Below are positions 59,724 through 64,000 of a DNA stretch of 64,000 nt, in pieces. Both the position numbers and the translations under genes were made by a program. The notes beneath the pieces are model-generated. The model saw only the letters and a list, made by a program, of their open reading frames with translations. It had not been told where the DNA came from and made no database searches. The stretch's first letter is position 1; each line of letters opens with the position of its first letter. The stretch covers positions 1,094,109-1,158,108 of the forward strand of contig CAWIBL010000011.1 of the NCBI GenBank assembly GCA_963834325.1, in the 5' to 3' direction. This stretch comes from an uncultured Acidobacteriota bacterium. GTDB lineage: Bacteria; Acidobacteriota; Vicinamibacteria; Vicinamibacterales; UBA2999.

Positions 59724-61024
59724 ATGTCTCCGTGTTCACGAATCCGGCGCACGCCTGCGGCGGTGGCGGCGCTGATTGCATTCCTGGCCGTCGGCGCCGC
59801 TAGCCGCGCGCCAGCGCGATCGCACCGGCGCCTGGGTCGGCCTGCTCGACGAGCACCCTGCCATCGAGTACGCCACGCGTCCGACCCACGACCGCATCGC
59901 CGCCTTGAACGACGCGCTGGAGGCGGGCCAGGTGTCGTTGGCCTTCGAGCCCCAGACCGGCTACCTGCGCTCGGTGTTGCGCGCCCTCGAGGTGCCCGAA
60001 GCGTCGCAGTTGCTGGTGCTGTCGCGCACCGGCGTGCAGCGCCTGGTGACGAACCCGGCCAATCCGCGCGCGCTGCTACTACAACGACGCCGTGGCCGTG
60101 GGCTTCATCCGCGGGTCGCCCTTCCTCGAACTGGCGGTGCACGACCCGGAGCAGGGCGCCGTCTTCTACACCCTCGACCAGCGCGCTGCCGATCGACCGG
60201 CGTTCTCGCGTCAGACGTCGTGTCTCACCTGTCACGTCGCGGCCACGACGCTCGAGGTGCCGGGCTTCATGACCCGCAGCCTGCGCGTCGGCGCCGATGG
60301 CACCTTGAAGCTGCGCCTGGGCAGCCACCACGTGGACCATCGGACGCCGTATGCCGAGCGCTGGGGCGGCTGGTTCGTGACCGGCGCCCACGGCCGGATG
60401 CGGCATCTCGGCAACGTCGTGACCGATGCGGCCGACGCGCCCGTCTCCCTGGTGCCGGGCGGGCCCCTGAACGCCCGCACGCTCGACGGCGCCGTGGATC
60501 TCTCCGGCTATCCCACTGGCCACAGCGATGTCGTGGCGCTGGCCGTCTTCGACCATCAGACCCGCGCGCTGAATCTGCTGACCCGGGTGGCCTGGGAGGC
60601 GCGTGTCGCCGCGCACGACGGCCGGCCCGGCGCCGCTTCGCCGGTTCTGGCCGGACTCATCGGCGAGCTGGCCGACTATCTGCTGCTCGTCGACGAAGCG
60701 CCCATCGACGGCGGCCTGCGCGGCACGTCGGGTTTTGCCGAGTGGTTCACGGCGCAGGGCCCGCGCGATCGACGCAACCGCTCGTTGCGCGAGCTCGACC
60801 TCGGCACGCGACTGATGCGGTATCCGTGCAGCTTCACGATCTACAGCCCGGCTTTCGCCGCCCTGCCCGCCGACGTCCGCGACGCCGTCTATCGCCGGCT
60901 CGCCGCCGTGCTGGCGGGCGCGGACGCGTCGGCCCGCTACGCGCACATCACGCCGGCCGGCCGCCGCGCCGTGATCGAGATCCTGCGCGACACGCTGCCG
61001 GAATCGGCCAAATATCTGGAGTAG
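59724..61024 (+). pseudogene. Secreted protein with a single CxxCH heme-c motif (unknown family); two +1 breaks (~59810, ~60076)
   Basis: It has the signal MSPCSRIRRTPAAVAALIAFLAVGAA and WVGLLDEHPAIEYATRP. It also has SRQTSCLTCHVAATTLEVPG, HHVDHRTPYAERWGGWFVTG, and the C-terminal LMRYPCSFTIYSPAFAALP. Confidence 0.6.
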
Positions 61025-61099
61025 CGCACCAATCTCTTGAAGTGGATGATTCCGGCGATTGAATGTGCAGCGAACATGCAGCCGATGTCACTTCTTTGA

Positions 61100-61127
61100 T
61101 TGACAAACGGTCTGGTCCGGACAGAAT
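61100..61127 (+). promoter_or_regulatory. Candidate sigma-70-type promoter TTGACA-N16-CAGAAT upstream of the third TonB-type receptor
   Basis: TTGACA lies at 61100-61105 and CAGAAT at 61122-61127, in an AT-enriched intergenic region. The ATG is 59 nt downstream and is preceded by GGAGGGGG. Confidence 0.3.
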
Positions 61128-61185
61128 GGCCTCGTCTCGGCGATACGCCATTTCGCGCGACGGCATTTCGGAGGGGGTAACAACG

Positions 61186-64000
61186 ATGTACCGGTTCCTG
61201 ACCTGCGTGCTCCTATCGTCAGTGGTTTGGAGCGCAAGTCCCGCGCTCGCCCAGACGGGCGATGGCAACTTGCGCGGCTACGTGAAGGATGAATCCGGGG
61301 CGGTGCTGCCCGGCGTCAACGTGACGGCGACCAGCCCCGAACTGCTGGCCCCAGTGACCTCGGTCACCGACGGCACCGGGCTCTACCGGTTGAACAACCT
61401 GCCGCCCGGCAACTACGTGATCACGGCGGAGCTCACCGGTTTCTCGACGGTGCGCCGGGAAGGCATCCTGGTGCGCGCCGGGGCCACGTTCTCGATCGAC
61501 TTCGACCTGAAGCTCAGCACCCTGCAGGAGACGATCACCGTCACCGGCGACTCGCCGATGATCGAGACGAGCAAGCCGACCAGCTCGATCACGCTCGACC
61601 GCGAGTTGATTCGCGCCGCGCCGATCTCGTCGCGCCGCGTCTTCAGCGACGCCCTCGACCTGGCCCCGGGCATCTCGTCGCGCAACGTCGACGACGGCGT
61701 CGGCCGGCGCTCCTACTACTTCAAGGGCGCGGTGATCTTCTCCCACGTCTTTACCCTCGAGGGCGCGCCCGCCGGATCCTTCCTCGACTCGTCGGCCCAC
61801 TCCATCGGGTTCGGCGGCGACACCGTGCAGGACACCGAGCTGAAGCTGAGCGGCGTCGACGCGGCCTCGCCCACCGGCACCGGCGTGGTCATGAACATCA
61901 TCGCGCCGCGCGGCGGCAACGCGTTCAAGGGGTCGGCCATCTACGACTACCAGAACACGGCCTGGAACAGCGACAACACCAAGGGGGGCAGCGCCCCGGG
62001 CGGCCTGCCGACGGCCCAGTCGGTGAACCAGTTCGACTTGGCCCTCGGTGGCCCGGTGGTGAAGAACCGGGTGTGGTTCTTCACTGCGTTCCGGCGCGCC
62101 GACCTCACCAATGGCATCAGCCGCTCGCCGCTGAACGCCGCCAACATCGCCAACCTGGTGCCTGATTTCCAGCCGTTCGACAACTTCATGAAGAGCAACC
62201 AGCCCTTCGCGAAGGTCACCGCGCAGGTCACGACGCGTCACGAGATGACGGCGTTCTACCAGAACGACCGGTCGAAGTACTCGAGCAACCGCGAACTCGA
62301 CAACAAGCCCTACCTGTTCAACTCGACCGGCGGCGGCCTGGGCCACGCCCGCGTCAACTCGGTATGGACCAACCAGCTGACCTCGGCTCTGTCGGTGAGC
62401 TACAACAACAAGCGCGGCAACGATGCCAACACCTACGACGGCGTCGACCTCAACGGTCCGCAGATTCGAGATCCATCAGGATTCGTTCACCAACGCTGGC
62501 CGTCAGGAGGGCACCGGGGCACTGGCCCGGCTGAACACGCCCGACTCGATCGCGCTGTCGAAGGCCCACATCTGGCTGATTCGCGGCGACCTGACCTACT
62601 ACAAGCAGGGCTGGGGCGGCGGCCACGAGTTGCGCGCCGGCATCTGGGCGGCGCCGTCGATGGTGCGTGAAACCACCACCGAGTACGTCAACAACGGCTT
62701 CATGCTGCAGGAAGATCGGTTCATCGACCCGGCGAACCCGGCGGCCGGCACCACGCCGTTCCGTCTGCAGTTCCGCTCGCCGGCCGTGGTCCCCACCATC
62801 AGCGAGCACGACCGCGACATCGCGCTCTACGTGCAGGACTCGTGGACGCCCACGTCGCGGCTCACCGCGAATGTCGGCCTGCGCGTGGATTTCATCAAGC
62901 GCCAGGACAAGATCCTCGGCATCGACCGGCAGAAGAGCACCGCCGTGCAGCCGCGCGCCGGCATCTCGTATCTCATCACCGAGGACGCCCGCAACGTCAT
63001 CCGCGCCAGCTACGGGCGTCTCTACGAGCAGGTCAACGGCCGCGACTACATCGTCACCTTCGGGCAGACCGGCGCGGTCAACGAGACCAACACCTACATC
63101 GACAAAGCCGGGAACCGCACGTCGGTGCTCACCCCGGCGACCCGCAGCGTCGATCCCAATCTGCTGTTCGACAAAGACCTGCACCAGCCCTACCTCGACG
63201 AGTTCTCGGTCGGCTTCAACCGGCAGTTCCCCGGCCAGATCAGCGTCGGGGTGGCCGCCACGCAGCGCCGCTTCAAGGACAACTTCGCCGAAGTGGACAT
63301 CAACGGCATCTATCCTTCGGGCCCGGGCCAGCCGTTCGGCGGCTTCGGGCGCGTCGATCCGAACCTCGGCATCGTCACCCAGGAAACCAACAACACCTGG
63401 ACGGGCGTGGTCGTCAACGCGGTCGAGATGACCTTTGCCAAGAACATGTCGCACAACTTCCAGGTGATCGCCAGCGCCACGCGGCAGTGGCAGTACCTGA
63501 CCGGCACCTGGAATCCCACCGACCCGGCCCGCTTCGTGCAGCCGGACGCATTCGCCAACAACCGCGACCTGTCACAGCAGCTCTTCGGCAACGGCGACGA
63601 CAACACGCTGAACGGCGGCGGCCGCGAGTCGGGCGCGGCCTACCGGCCGTTCTCGGTGCGCATCGGCGGTCAGTGGCTGGCGCCGTGGGGCATCAGCGTC
63701 GGCGGCAGCTACGTGATTCAGGCGGGCGGCTACGTCGGCCCGCTGCTCACGCGCCTCGACGCCAACGATCCGCAGGTGACGCAGTACGGCCCGGCGACGG
63801 TGCGCCTGGCCAACGGCTTGACGCAGCCCAACCCGCTGGCGACGCGGCTGCGCTTCGTGGGCCCGACCCGTAGCGACGGCCAGATCCGCAACGACGACGC
63901 CAAGTACCTGCAGATGAAGATTGGCCGCACGTTCAAGTTCGGCACCCAGTCGTTGGAGCCGGCTATCAACCTGTTCAACGTCTTCAACACGCCGGCCAAC
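61186..64000 (+). pseudogene. TonB-dependent-receptor-like outer-membrane protein (CarboxypepD_reg type); one +1 break at ~62467; 3' end beyond the window
   Basis: It has the signal MYRFLTCVLLSSVVWSASPALAQ and GYVKDESGAVLPGVNVTATS. It also has TITVTGDSPMIETSKPT. Repair gives LNGPQIEIHQDSFTNAG. The frame stays open to 64000 (..SLEPAINLFNVFNTPAN). Confidence 0.85.

Noticed and set aside
59497-59781. ORFs 59497..59775(+) 92 aa and 59506..59781(-) 91 aa in the dehydratase leader region
   Set aside because: They have no SD sequence and an implausible composition, and they overlap each other on opposite strands. The region is better explained as a non-coding leader.

Overview
This is a very GC-rich (roughly 70% by eye), gene-dense bacterial chromosomal segment. 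The gene content looks Acidobacteriota-like: an ADOP-type duplicated FtsX permease and three CarboxypepD_reg-type TonB-dependent outer-membrane proteins. I found no rRNA, tRNA, CRISPR array, transposase, integrase or phage gene. I support about 50 protein genes.

The clearest units are:
- A same-strand signalling cluster at 8.7-13.9 kb: ECF sigma factor, translationally coupled polytopic membrane Ser/Thr kinase, two paralogous small proteins of unknown family, and a sensor-less histidine kinase.
- A Phe-hydroxylase unit: Lrp regulator divergent from phhA-phhB.
- A 9 kb same-strand locus at 23.0-31.8 kb: TonB-type receptor, CarboxypepD_reg/TPR protein, two tandem NHL propellers resembling the PAL (lyase) half of animal peptide-amidating enzyme, sensor kinase and OmpR-type regulator.
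- A TetR-led putative operon at 48.6-51.6 kb: a secreted unknown protein followed by a CxxCH plus PHM/DBH-like copper-monooxygenase-fold protein.
- Assorted hydrolases and transporters: amidase, nitrilase, DPP-IV, PepT, beta-lactamase-fold proteins and MFS transporters.

A striking technical or biological feature is about 54 single-base frame breaks (hand estimate). About 35 of them fall within 22986-31200. Most junctions I resolved look like one extra base. I therefore label disrupted genes as pseudogene, but sequence error is at least as likely as real decay. Many long ORFs in the supplied track are antisense or alternate-frame shadow ORFs and are rejected.
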